DNA of 64,000 nt from Polyangiales bacterium (GCA_038231275.1 JBBRLQ010000028.1:44155-108154), one strand, 5' to 3'; shown: positions 29,491 to 38,753, counted from the stretch's first letter. Made by a program: numbers and translations. Notes: a model not told the origin generated them from the sequence alone.

Positions 29491-30101
29491 GGCGCGCCGT
29501 CGCAGTTTTCGAAGCGGAACTCCGCGGTGCCGCCGCACGTGCGGTTCTGGCCGCCGAATACGGCGTTGGGACAGTCGATCTGCGCCCAAATCGCGCCGCC
29601 CTTAACGCCCATCTCGGAGCGCGGGAAGCTGATCGTGCAGTCGTCCTGTCGGAACGTCCCCGTGTCCCCGCGCGCGAAGATGCCCTGGATGCCCGTGATC
29701 GGGCCACCCTGCGTGATCGGCGTGCTCACCGTGTTGACGGTGAAGCTGCCCTGGCCGTCCTGCGTGACCGAGACGTGCACTTCGTAGTTTGGCCCGTTCT
29801 GCAGCACGCTGCAGGCCGTGATGTGAACCGCCTGCCCCTGCCACGAGTCGCCGTCGTTGACGACCGTGCTGTTCTGCCCGGGGATCTTGGCGTTCCCGAG
29901 GACGCCGATGTTCACCCACGGCTGCTGCGAGCCGAGCTGGCACTGCGCCTGCGGGTGATCGGCCGTGTTGCCGAGGTTCGACGTCAACGCGACGTGCGCG
30001 GTCGGGTTGGTCTTGTCCCCGCAGCCCGGCACCGCCAGGACCCCCGCGGAGACGGCGACCGTGGCAGCGAGCGTGGAAAGGAAGGTACGGCTCGTGGTCA
30101 T
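29487..30101 (-). CDS. Hypothetical lipoprotein
   Basis: GAGGAGG RBS; lipobox VPGC; Cys pairs; C-terminal FRFENC. Confidence 0.75.
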   Translation of the reverse strand: MTTSRTFLSTLAATVAVSAGVLAVPGCGDKTNPTAHVALTSNLGNTADHPQAQCQLGSQQPWVNIGVLGNAKIPGQNSTVVNDGDSWQGQAVHITACSVLQNGPNYEVHVSVTQDGQGSFTVNTVSTPITQGGPITGIQGIFARGDTGTFRQDDCTISFPRSEMGVKGGAIWAQIDCPNAVFGGQNRTCGGTAEFRFENCDGAP

Positions 30102-30124
30102 CAGGGCCTCCTCGTACAACGATA

Positions 30125-31297
30125 TCACGCGTTCTTGGCGGCCGCGAAACCTCGGTCAAGATCGCCGCGCAGATCCCCGAGATCCTCGATGCCGATCGAC
30201 AGGCGGATGAGGCCGTCGCCGATGCCGAGCGCCCTTCGAGCGTCGGCCGGGAGGCTCGCGTGGGTCATGATCGCGGGGTGCTCGGCGAGCGACTCGACGC
30301 CGCCAAGGCTCTCCGCGCACGCGAAGATCTGGAGCGCCTTCAAGAACGCCGCCGACGCGCCGAGACCCCCCTTCAGTTCGAAGCTGATCATGCCTCCGGG
30401 CCCCTTCATTTGGCGCTCGGCGAGGGCGTGCCCTTTGTGCGACGTGAGGCCCGGATACAAGACACGCTCCACTTGCGCGTGCCCTTCGAGCCACGACGCG
30501 ATCGAGGTCGCGCTCTCGACGTGGCGCTTCATGCGCACCGCGAGGGTCTTGAGGCCGCGGAGGACCATGTAGCAGTCGAAGGGGCTCGGCACCGCGCCGA
30601 CCGACTTCTGGAGGAAGTGCAGGCGCTCGGCGAGCTCCGCGTCCGACGTCATGATCGCGCCGCCGACGACGTCGGAGTGGCCGTTCAGGTACTTGGTCAC
30701 CGAATGGACCGCCATCGTCGCGCCGAGCGCGAGCGGCAGCTGCAGGATCGGCGTCGCGAACGTGTTGTCGACGGCGAGCCACGCGCCGTGCTTCTTCGCG
30801 ATGTCGGCGATCGCCGCGATGTCGAAGATCTTGAGCATCGGGTTGCTCGGCGTCTCCATCCACACCAGTTTGGTGTTGGGCCGCAGCGCCTCTTTCACCT
30901 TTGCCGGATCGCTCATGTCGAGGAACGTCGCCTCGACGCCGAACTGCTTCATCACCTTGTCGAAGATGCGGAAGGTGCCGCCGTACACGTCGTCGCCGAC
31001 GAGCACGTGGTCGCCGCTCTTCAAGAGGAGGAGCACCGCCGTCGTCGCCGCGCAGCCGCTGCCGAACGCGATCGCGTGCGTTCCGCCCTCGATCGAGGCG
31101 TAGCAGCCCTCGAGCGCGTCGCGCGTGGGGTTGCCGGCGCGCGAGTAGTCGAAGCCCTTGTGTCCGCCGGGGCCGTCCTGCGCGAACGTGCTCGACAGGA
31201 CGATCGGCGTCATCACGGCGCCGTGGACGGGATCGGGGGACTGCCCGCCGTGGATGCAGAGCGTGTCGATGTGGGCGCGGTCGTGCGAAGAGGTCAT
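30125..31297 (-). CDS. Cystathionine gamma-lyase/gamma-synthase (Cys/Met PLP enzyme)
   Basis: YSRAGNPT, DDVYGGT, ETPSNP, VDNTF, HSVTKYLNGHSDV (PLP lysine), AESLGGVESL. Confidence 0.95.
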   Translation of the reverse strand: MTSSHDRAHIDTLCIHGGQSPDPVHGAVMTPIVLSSTFAQDGPGGHKGFDYSRAGNPTRDALEGCYASIEGGTHAIAFGSGCAATTAVLLLLKSGDHVLVGDDVYGGTFRIFDKVMKQFGVEATFLDMSDPAKVKEALRPNTKLVWMETPSNPMLKIFDIAAIADIAKKHGAWLAVDNTFATPILQLPLALGATMAVHSVTKYLNGHSDVVGGAIMTSDAELAERLHFLQKSVGAVPSPFDCYMVLRGLKTLAVRMKRHVESATSIASWLEGHAQVERVLYPGLTSHKGHALAERQMKGPGGMISFELKGGLGASAAFLKALQIFACAESLGGVESLAEHPAIMTHASLPADARRALGIGDGLIRLSIGIEDLGDLRGDLDRGFAAAKNA

Positions 31298-31314
31298 CGT
31301 GCCTTGTCTTACCA

Positions 31315-32070
31315 TCAGGGGCCGCCCTCGACGAGGAGGCGCGTGACCTCGCGGGCGCTCGCGGGACGTTCGCTGGCGTCGAAGGCAATGCACGCCTCGA
31401 GCGCCGCCGCCGTCGCTGCCGGGAGAGGCGCGGCAGCCCGCTTCGCCCAGGACGCGAGCGGTGTCTCGGCGGCCTCGGCGATCGCGGCCGCCAGCGAGGG
31501 CGCGCCGCGCGGAGCCACCCCCGAGGCGACGTGGAGGAGCGACGCGGCGAGCGCGAAGAGGTCGGCGCGCGCGTCGAACGGCTCTGCCCGCGCGATCTCC
31601 GGCGCCGCATACAGAATCGTGCCTCGAAACGCGCCGCCCGTCGGCGTCGGCCAATGCCGGCCGGTCGCGAGACCGAAGTCGAGCAGCGCCGCGGATGCAC
31701 CATCGGCCGCGACCGCCACGTTCGCGGGGCTCACGTCGCCGTGGACGATCGCGAGAGAGCCCTCGCCGTCGCCCGCCTCGTGGACCGCGGCGAGCGCGGC
31801 GAAGGACGCCTGCGCCGCGCGCGCCACCCACGCCGGATCAGGCAATGTATCCAAATGTGTGTAGAGCGTCGGCCACGCGACTTCGGTCATCTGCAGCCAG
31901 GGGCCCGATGCGTCCTCTCCAGAGGCGAGAAGACGAGGGGCTCCTCGTCCCGCGAGCGCGTCTAGGATCGCGATTTCCGCGCGCCACTGGCGCATCGCGT
32001 CTCGATCGCCGCGCAGGCGCTCGTTGAGACGCTTGATGAACCCTGGTCCCGCGGGCGCGATCTCGGTCAC
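31315..32070 (-). CDS. Ser/Thr protein kinase-like protein with a short N-lobe
   Basis: FIKRL, E of helix C, HGDVSPAN, DFG, GTILYAAPE, DLFAL. An in-frame TAG at 32074-32076 blocks N-terminal extension. Confidence 0.8.
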   Translation of the reverse strand: MTEIAPAGPGFIKRLNERLRGDRDAMRQWRAEIAILDALAGRGAPRLLASGEDASGPWLQMTEVAWPTLYTHLDTLPDPAWVARAAQASFAALAAVHEAGDGEGSLAIVHGDVSPANVAVAADGASAALLDFGLATGRHWPTPTGGAFRGTILYAAPEIARAEPFDARADLFALAASLLHVASGVAPRGAPSLAAAIAEAAETPLASWAKRAAAPLPAATAAALEACIAFDASERPASAREVTRLLVEGGP

Positions 32071-32079
32071 GTGCTAAGA

Positions 32080-33306
32080 ATGCCCCCTTCGAGGTCCGTC
32101 TTGCCGAAAAGTCGCCTGTCCGTCGTCGCCTTGCTCTCTGCCGCCGCCGTCGTGGCGGCTGCCGCGTGCGGTGGCTCCTCCTCCCACGATCTGATCGGTC
32201 CGGACGGCGACGCTGGCTCCAGCGGTACGTCCGGCGCGAGCGGGACGAGCGGCACGTCCGGGACGAGTGGCACGAGCGGGACGAGCGGCACGAGCGGGAC
32301 CAGCGGGACGAGCGGGACCAGCGGCACGAGCGGGTCGAGTGGATCGAGCGGATCGAGCGGATCGAGCGGCAGCTCCGGCTCCACCGGCACGCTCCCCGAC
32401 GGCGGCGCGATCGCCTACACGTCGGCGGTGAAGATCATCGTCGAGCCGTCGGACAACGGCCAGGCGCTCCTCGATGCGATCAACGCCGCGAAGACGAGCG
32501 TGCACGTCACGATGTACCTGCTCACGTTCAACGGCCCGGTCTACAAGGCGCTCATCGCCGCCAAGAGCAAGGTCGAGGTGAAGGTCGTCCTCAACCAGAA
32601 TTTCCCGGGCGGTCAAGGGAGCAACGTCTCCACCTACAACGGCCTCAAGGCCGCCGGGGTCAACGTCGTATGGGCGCCGTCGGTCTACACGTTCACCCAC
32701 GAAAAATGCGTGATCCTCGACACCGCGACGGCTTGGATCATGACGATGAACGCGACGGACTCGTCGGCGTCGCAGAACCGCGAGTACCTCGCCGTCGACA
32801 CCGACGCCGACGACGTGAAGTACGCGGAGCAGATCTTCGAAGAAGACTTCACGGGCGCCGCCGCCAACGTGAGCGGCAAGCTCGTCCTTGCGCCGATCAA
32901 CGCCAAGGCCCGCATCTACGCGCTGCTCAAGTCGGCCACCACGAGCATCGACCTCGAGGGCGAAGAGTTCAGCGACATTGATCTCACCAACATCATCGCC
33001 GCCAAGGCCGACGCCGGCGTCGCGGTGCGCGTGGTCCTCGCCGACAACACGCCGACGCCGTCGCAGCAGACCTCCGTGACGACGCTGAAGGCGCACAAGA
33101 TCACCGTCAAGTCGATGTCGAACCCGTACGTCCACGCCAAGGCGATCGTCGTCGACGGCGTGCACGCCTACGTCGGCTCGGAGAACTTCACGAGCGGCTC
33201 GATGACCGGCAACCGCGAGCTCGGCGTGCTGTTCGACACGGCCGCGGAGGTCGCAAAGGTCACGACTACGATCGCGGCGGATTTCGCCGCAGGAACGGCG
33301 CTCTAA
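32080..33306 (+). CDS. Phospholipase D-family lipoprotein
   Basis: Lipobox AAAC; (SGT)n linker; two HKD motifs HEKCVILD and [16 protein letters not shown]. Confidence 0.9.
   Translation: MPPSRSVLPKSRLSVVALLSAAAVVAAAACGGSSSHDLIGPDGDAGSSGTSGASGTSGTSGTSGTSGTSGTSGTSGTSGTSGTSGSSGSSGSSGSSGSSGSTGTLPDGGAIAYTSAVKIIVEPSDNGQALLDAINAAKTSVHVTMYLLTFNGPVYKALIAAKSKVEVKVVLNQNFPGGQGSNVSTYNGLKAAGVNVVWAPSVYTFTHEKCVILDTATAWIMTMNATDSSASQNREYLAVDTDADDVKYAEQIFEEDFTGAAANVSGKLVLAPINAKARIYALLKSATTSIDLEGEEFSDIDLTNIIAAKADAGVAVRVVLADNTPTPSQQTSVTTLKAHKITVKSMSNPYVHAKAIVVDGVHAYVGSENFTSGSMTGNRELGVLFDTAAEVAKVTTTIAADFAAGTAL
32215..32390 (+). repeat. Coding low-complexity repeat (SGT)n(SGS)n
   Basis: 9-bp units such as AGCGGGACG, AGCGGCACG and AGCGGATCG inside the PLD linker. 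Confidence 0.85.
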
Positions 33307-33343
33307 CCTTAGGGCACGGCGAATACGATATAGGTTCGTCCCT

Positions 33344-34855
33344 ATGTCCGACGAAATCACGCAAGCGCGGACCGAAGCGCGGCTCGCGAAGGGATTCCGA
33401 GACGTCGAAGCGGCTGAAATTCGCCGACACGACGCGATGATCGCCACGATCCGTTCGGTCTACGAGCGCTACGGCTTCGAGCCGCTCGAGACGCCGGCCT
33501 TCGAGTACACCGACGCGCTCGGAAAATTTCTGCCCGATCAGGATCGCCCGAACGCCGGCGTCTTCTCCGTGCAAGACGACGACGAGGCGTGGATGAGCCT
33601 GCGTTACGATCTCACGGCGCCGCTCGCGAGGTACGTTGCGCAGAACTACGAACGGCTCCCCAAGCCGTATCGCCGCTACGCGACCGGCCCGGTGTTTCGG
33701 AACGAGAAACCGGGCCCCAGCCGTTTCCGTCAGTTCGTTCAGTTCGACGCGGACACCGTCGGGACCGAGAACCTCGCGGCCGACGCCGAGCTCTGCATGC
33801 TCGCCGCCGACACGTTCGAGGCGCTGGGAATTCGGCGCGGCGACTACATCGTAAAGCTGAACCACCGGAAGCTCCTCGACGGCGTCCTCGAAGCGATCGG
33901 CGTCACCGCAGCGTCCGACGCCGACGGCAGCAAGCGACTCGCAGTGCTTCGCGCGATCGACAAGCTCGACCGACTCGGCAACGCCGGTGTGCTTGCGCTC
34001 TTGGGGCCTGGCAGAAAAGACGAGTCGGGCGACTTCACGAAAGGCGCCGGGCTCGACGCCGCCGCGACGGACGTGGTCATGCGCTTCGTCGGCGCGACTG
34101 CCGCAAACGAGGAGACGGCCCTGTCCACTGTCGAAGCGCTCGTGGCGTCGTCCGAAATCGGGCGCGCGGCGGTCGCCGATCTCCGGCAGCTCGACGCGCT
34201 CCTCAAGGGGGCAGGGTACGGCGCGGACCGCATTCGCTTCGACTCGACGGTCGTGCGCGGGCTCGAGTACTACACGGGGCCCGTCTTCGAGGCGGAGCTC
34301 ACCTTCGAGATCAAAGGGGACGACGGAGCGCCCGTTCGCTTCGGGGCCGTCGGCGGAGGCGGGCGCTACGACGATCTCGTCGCGCGATTTCTCGGCCAGA
34401 AGGTACCCGCCACAGGCTTCTCGGTGGGCGTGTCGCGTCTTCAGGCGGCGCTTGCCCATCTGAAACAAGACGACGCCGGCGCGACGCTCGGTCCAGTGGT
34501 CGTCCTCGTCATGGACCGCGCGGAGCTGCCGCGGTACCAGGCGATCGTGCAGACCCTCCGGCACGCGGGCATTCGCGCGGAGATGTACCTAGGCACGTCG
34601 GGAATGAAGCCGCAGATGAAGTACGCCGACCGGCGCAATAGCCCGTGCGTCGTCATCCAGGGATCGAACGAGCGCGCGAACGGCGAGATTCAGCTGAAGG
34701 ATCTCATCGAGGGGGCCAAAGCCGCCGCGTCGATCAAGGACAACAAGGCGTGGAAAGAAGCACGCCCCGCCCAAGTGACGATCAAAGAAGCGGACCTCGT
34801 CGACGAAGTCCGCCGTCTGCTCGCGCGGCACGACCCTCCAGCCGAGCATCCTTGA
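33344..34855 (+). CDS. hisS: Histidyl-tRNA synthetase, alphaproteobacterial-like type
   Basis: [22 protein letters not shown] (HisA), [20 protein letters not shown] (motif 2), VRGLEYYTG (HisB), [17 protein letters not shown] (motif 3), QMKYADRR anticodon-binding domain. Confidence 0.97.
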   Translation: MSDEITQARTEARLAKGFRDVEAAEIRRHDAMIATIRSVYERYGFEPLETPAFEYTDALGKFLPDQDRPNAGVFSVQDDDEAWMSLRYDLTAPLARYVAQNYERLPKPYRRYATGPVFRNEKPGPSRFRQFVQFDADTVGTENLAADAELCMLAADTFEALGIRRGDYIVKLNHRKLLDGVLEAIGVTAASDADGSKRLAVLRAIDKLDRLGNAGVLALLGPGRKDESGDFTKGAGLDAAATDVVMRFVGATAANEETALSTVEALVASSEIGRAAVADLRQLDALLKGAGYGADRIRFDSTVVRGLEYYTGPVFEAELTFEIKGDDGAPVRFGAVGGGGRYDDLVARFLGQKVPATGFSVGVSRLQAALAHLKQDDAGATLGPVVVLVMDRAELPRYQAIVQTLRHAGIRAEMYLGTSGMKPQMKYADRRNSPCVVIQGSNERANGEIQLKDLIEGAKAAASIKDNKAWKEARPAQVTIKEADLVDEVRRLLARHDPPAEHP

Positions 34856-34876
34856 ACGATGAACGTCGAAGCGACT

Positions 34877-34953
34877 TGGTACCAGCTCTCGGGGTCGAAC
34901 CGAGGACCTCTAGATCCACAATCTAGCGCTCTAACCAACTGAGCTAAGCCGGC
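34877..34953 (-). tRNA. tRNA-His(GUG), CCA encoded, no encoded G-1, G1:U72, A73
   Basis: GCCGGCT TA GCTC AGTTGGTTA GAGC G CTAGA TTGTGGA TCTAG AGGTC CTCGG TTCGACC CCGAG AGCTGGT A CCA forms a full cloverleaf of 77 nt. The base 5' of G1 is C. Confidence 0.97.
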
Positions 34954-35076
34954 GTACAGAAACGGTTCCTCTCAGAAACCGCGACAATTCGCTTCCTAGC
35001 ATAAGACCGACGAGCGGTCGACGCAATCTGTCGCTAGGCCGATCTGCCCGGGACGGAGGGGCGTAGACGCTGCAAG

Positions 35077-35682
35077 GTGGCAGTCCCGACCGGCGCGCAG
35101 AAGGACGAGGACAAGGACGACAAGGATCCCTGCGCGACCTGCGACGCCGACAAGAAGGCCAAGAAGAAAAAGGAGCGAGACGCCAAGGTCGCCAAGATGA
35201 CGGCCAAGCTCGATCCCCAGCTGAAGGCGGACGTCGAGAAGTCGCCGGAGCTGCAGAAGGATCTCGCCGAGCTCAATGACAAGGGCTGGACCGTGCGCGA
35301 GGATCCGAGCTTGAAGCCGCCGACGGCAGGCGTCACGAACTCCGCGACCAAAGAGATCACGCTCGCCTCTGGAAGCGACACCGGCACGCTCGCCCACGAA
35401 GTGCAGCACGCCCTGAACAGCGAATCGGGTCAGTATCAGCCGCCGCAGATCGGCTCGATGAGCCGAAGCGACTTCGTGAGCGCGGCGACGCAAGCGTCGG
35501 TGCAGGACGAGCGGTCGGCCTTCGGGAATCAGAACCTCGTGAGGAGCGAGATCTTGGCCAACGGCGGCCGCGACATCGGCCCCGTCCGGAGCTTCGGGTC
35601 GCTCTACCAGGACGCGTACACGAGCTACTACACGAACGCCTACGGCAAGTACTACGATACGTATGCGCCGGGAGGGAGGTGA
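35077..35682 (+). CDS. HEXXH zincin-like protein, candidate toxin/effector
   Basis: ITL....TLAHEVQHALN with a downstream DERSAF Glu; charged N-terminus with CxxC. Start uncertain. Confidence 0.6.
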   Translation: MAVPTGAQKDEDKDDKDPCATCDADKKAKKKKERDAKVAKMTAKLDPQLKADVEKSPELQKDLAELNDKGWTVREDPSLKPPTAGVTNSATKEITLASGSDTGTLAHEVQHALNSESGQYQPPQIGSMSRSDFVSAATQASVQDERSAFGNQNLVRSEILANGGRDIGPVRSFGSLYQDAYTSYYTNAYGKYYDTYAPGGR

Positions 35683-36134
35683 CGCCGATGAGCCACTGGA
35701 TCACCTCCCTCGTCGAGCACGTCGTACGGCAGCGGATGCCCCCAAAGAGCGGAGGCCTCTGGACCGGGCTCGGCGTTCCCGTCGTTCGCACCGAGACGAG
35801 CGGAGACATGGAGTACTTCCAGGGCGCCCTCGACGCCGGCCCCTTCACGAAAGCGGAGCTCCGGGTGAACCGCGCGACCGGCTTCGCGCTGCTCGTCCTC
35901 GCGCCACGCGACGACGCGCCCATCCGAGAAGCGGATCTCGCGCTCGACGCTTACGGGCCCAGTCGGGTCGAGATCACGCCGGACATTTCCCCCGAGGGGG
36001 CGACCACGCTCGTCTTCGAAGTGAACGGGGTCACGGTCCGCTTCCAGCTGACGACCGACGGTCGTGTGCTCCGCGTCATGAGCTTCACGTGGCCGGCGCG
36101 CGCGCTCCATTCGGTTCCGCACGATCGCCACTGA
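35679..36134 (+). CDS. Hypothetical protein, candidate immunity partner
   Basis: GGGAGGGAG RBS; GTGA overlap with the HEXXH gene stop. Confidence 0.55.
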   Translation: MTPMSHWITSLVEHVVRQRMPPKSGGLWTGLGVPVVRTETSGDMEYFQGALDAGPFTKAELRVNRATGFALLVLAPRDDAPIREADLALDAYGPSRVEITPDISPEGATTLVFEVNGVTVRFQLTTDGRVLRVMSFTWPARALHSVPHDRH

Positions 36135-36182
36135 CCGAAGAATCGACCGCGTCCGTTGTCGGGCGTGGTGCGTAGCTTCGAC

Positions 36183-36776
36183 ATGGATCATCGGTTCCCC
36201 GTCTCGAGCACCCCGCCTTGGGCCCGCCATCCTCGTGGCGGCCTGACGTTCGCCCCTCCGAGCGGGTGGCTCGATCGGACGGTCGTCGCGTACACGAGCC
36301 CGGCCGAGTCCACGAAGCCGCTCGCGCCGAGCATCGTGATTACGCGCGAGCCGGTTCGTCCCGGCGACACGCTGCGACTTCACGGGAACCGGCAGCTGAT
36401 GGAGCTCGAGGCGCAGCTCGAGCACTTCGACCTCGTGGAGTCGCGCGAGGCCGAGCTCGGTGGTTTCCCGGCCCTCTTCTATCGCTACACCTGGGTGAGC
36501 CACGTCGGGGCGCTCGAGCAGACGATGACCTTGGCGCTCTCGATGCACGACGGCGATTCGGTGATGACTACGGTGACGACGACCGCCGCGCGCGGGGACG
36601 CACGTGACGCCGACGCCGCGTTCGCAGGCATGCTCGCGACGATGCGCTTCGACGATCCGGGCTCGCCCGAGCCCGCGCGGATCTCGACCATCGTGCCGGC
36701 ACCGGCGGCCGTCGCCTCGATGGCGGACCTTCCCAGTTTTCCCATGCCCGGCGTCGGCCGCGGCGCCCGTCGCTGA
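36183..36776 (+). CDS. DcrB/DUF1795 (Eag-type) T6SS effector chaperone
   Basis: PSGWLDRTVVAY..SIVITRE..QL..L...LEHFDL..YTW pattern; directly upstream of a prePAAR effector. Confidence 0.75.
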   Translation: MDHRFPVSSTPPWARHPRGGLTFAPPSGWLDRTVVAYTSPAESTKPLAPSIVITREPVRPGDTLRLHGNRQLMELEAQLEHFDLVESREAELGGFPALFYRYTWVSHVGALEQTMTLALSMHDGDSVMTTVTTTAARGDARDADAAFAGMLATMRFDDPGSPEPARISTIVPAPAAVASMADLPSFPMPGVGRGARR

Positions 36777-36785
36777 GGCCCGGCC

Positions 36786-38441
36786 GTGAGCGTCACCCTC
36801 GCCGCCCGCATCGGCGACCAAGTCGGGAGCCATTCGGGCGCGCTCGCCGGGCTCTTGACGGGGATCGCCGTCGGCCTCGCGATCGGGGTCGCGATCGCCG
36901 TGACCATCGGCACGGGCGGCCTCGCCGGTCCCGCGCTCATCGGCGCGTACATGGCGATGGCCGGCGGCGCCGTGAGCCTGGGCGCCGTCGGGGGCATGGC
37001 CGGCGCAAAGTTTGGCGGCACGTTCAAGAAGGCCAGCCCATGCGGCGCCATCTCGACGGGCTCATCGAACGTCTTCATCGAGGGCGAGAGGGCCGCGCGC
37101 CGGGGCGTCGACACCGCCAAGCACGGCGCGAAGAAGATCGCGCAAGGGAGCTCCGCCGTCTTCGTGAACGGGTACATGCTCGCGCGCGACCAGGACGGCG
37201 TGGAGTGCGGCGGCAAGATCGTCAGCCACTGCATCAACGTCTGGATCGGCGGCGGAAGGGGCGGCGAAGAGGTCAGCGAGCTCCCCGGATGGGCGAAATG
37301 GCTCCCGGCGATCGCCTTGGCGGGCGGCGCGGTCGCGTTGGTCGGAGGCGTACTCGCGGCAGGTGTCGTCGCGACCGGCGTCATGTTCGGCGCGTCGATG
37401 GTGGGCGGCGCCGTCGGCAAGGCGGTGCTGGGCGCTGCGGGCCGCGGCATCGACGCGCTCGGCGGACGAACCGACGGGCGATGGGCGAGCTTACTGGGAA
37501 CGGTCGGCGAGGTGGGCGGGGGCCTCTTCGGCGGCGTGAAGAGCGCACGCGTCGCGACGCGCGCGGCCGAGTGGGCCGGCGATCTCTTCCCCGCGATGAA
37601 CCAGCCGCTCCTCACGCGAGGCGCGGGCGTGCCGAGCCCGGCGGATCTCTTGACCAGACCGATCGCCGAGCTTTCGCCGAGAGAGCTCGCGGAGAGCCCC
37701 GCCGAGCAGGCTCGCCTCTTTCGCGGCGCCCAGGACGCGCGCGATCGCATGCAGGCGGTGGCGGACGGGGTTCGCGAGAAGCTCGGCCTGCCCGAGACCA
37801 CGCCGTCTGGCCGGCCCACCGCGGAGTCGATGCTCAAGCGCGACGGCGAGGCGGAGTTCTTGCGTGGCGTCGAGGAGAAGTGCGCGCGGAAGGGCTATGA
37901 GCGCATCGGACAGATGGACGACATGGTCCGCGGACGATTCAACGCGCCGGACCGCGCCGCGGTCGAGCAGATCGTGGGCGAGCTCCGCGCGTCGGGCTAC
38001 GAGGTGAAGGAGGTGGTCGGTCCGCGCGTGAGCGATGGCGTCGAAAGCTACTCGCGCTACCACGTCGTCCTCCGCGACGCGGAGACCGGCCTCACCCACG
38101 AATGGCAAGTCGGCACCGACGCGACCACCAGCCTCTACGAGGACCAGGGCATTCGCATCCCCGACTCCCTCGCCGCCGCGCGCGACGCCGCCGGCAAGCA
38201 CTTCAACGACGATTTGCACGACGTTTATTACGATCTGTTCAAGTCGGTGAACCAGCAGAACCCGGACATGGGGCAGCGTTACGGGCTGGGCGACTTCATC
38301 GGCCAGGTCGAGGGGGCTGCGCCGCGCGCCGGCCAGGGCGAGGCCGTCGACGTTGCGGGAATGCACGAGCGCGCCTCGGACATCCTGGCGCGCATGGACG
38401 CGGAGCAAGGTTCACAATGGATCCTCGGGTTCTTCCATTGA
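36786..38441 (+). CDS. prePAAR-TMD-PAAR-TMD effector with a C-terminal RelA/SpoT-like nucleotidyltransferase toxin domain
   Basis: AARIGDQVGSH prePAAR; two Gly/Ala hydrophobic regions; GSSNVFIEGERAAR..GSSAVFVNG..AR..D.VECGGKI PAAR; LKR..EKCARKGY..DDMVRGRF..YSRYHVVL..EWQVGT. Confidence 0.8.
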   Translation: MSVTLAARIGDQVGSHSGALAGLLTGIAVGLAIGVAIAVTIGTGGLAGPALIGAYMAMAGGAVSLGAVGGMAGAKFGGTFKKASPCGAISTGSSNVFIEGERAARRGVDTAKHGAKKIAQGSSAVFVNGYMLARDQDGVECGGKIVSHCINVWIGGGRGGEEVSELPGWAKWLPAIALAGGAVALVGGVLAAGVVATGVMFGASMVGGAVGKAVLGAAGRGIDALGGRTDGRWASLLGTVGEVGGGLFGGVKSARVATRAAEWAGDLFPAMNQPLLTRGAGVPSPADLLTRPIAELSPRELAESPAEQARLFRGAQDARDRMQAVADGVREKLGLPETTPSGRPTAESMLKRDGEAEFLRGVEEKCARKGYERIGQMDDMVRGRFNAPDRAAVEQIVGELRASGYEVKEVVGPRVSDGVESYSRYHVVLRDAETGLTHEWQVGTDATTSLYEDQGIRIPDSLAAARDAAGKHFNDDLHDVYYDLFKSVNQQNPDMGQRYGLGDFIGQVEGAAPRAGQGEAVDVAGMHERASDILARMDAEQGSQWILGFFH

Positions 38442-38485
38442 GTGCAGCGAAGCGCAGCGGAGCGAAACGACTCCTGGCGGAGAGG

Positions 38486-38740
38486 ATGGGCACGAAGATG
38501 AGCTACCGAGTCTTGCAGAACGACCGCACCGCGGCCCTCGAGCGTGATTGCCCCGAATGCGGAACGAAGATGAAGGGAACGGGAGACCTCTACTGGAACA
38601 ACGCCGGCTGGTTCGTGGCGTTCTACTGCCCGCAGCACCGCGAGGTCTTTCCGACGTGGGCGCCGGAGTATGCGCATCTCGTCGACGAGCTCACGCGCGG
38701 CGTCGACCCGCAGACGCTCCCTACGAGGGGCGGCGGCTGA
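38486..38740 (+). CDS. Small Zn-ribbon protein, candidate immunity
   Basis: CPEC...CPQH; immediately downstream of the effector. Start at 38486 or 38498. Confidence 0.6.
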   Translation: MGTKMSYRVLQNDRTAALERDCPECGTKMKGTGDLYWNNAGWFVAFYCPQHREVFPTWAPEYAHLVDELTRGVDPQTLPTRGGG

Positions 38741-38753
38741 AGACGACGCTCCT

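Noticed and set aside
30125..31297. Specific symbol (metB versus mccB) for the PLP enzyme
   Set aside because: Gamma-synthase and gamma-lyase cannot be separated by eye; this needs phylogeny or an assay.
32067..32390. ORF with (LVP)n/(LDP)n repeats
   Set aside because: Antisense reading of the (SGT)n linker of the PLD gene.
33344..38441. Functional link between the RSH-like toxin and the unusual hisS/tRNA-His (for example self-resistance)
   Set aside because: Only adjacency supports it. The toxin substrate is unknown, tRNA-targeting toxSAS act on the shared CCA end, and a candidate immunity gene is already present.
34877..38740. Integrative element at tRNA-His
   Set aside because: There is no integrase or transposase, I found no duplicated tRNA end by eye, and the toxin genes lie on the 5' side of the tRNA. 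It can only be called an accessory block.
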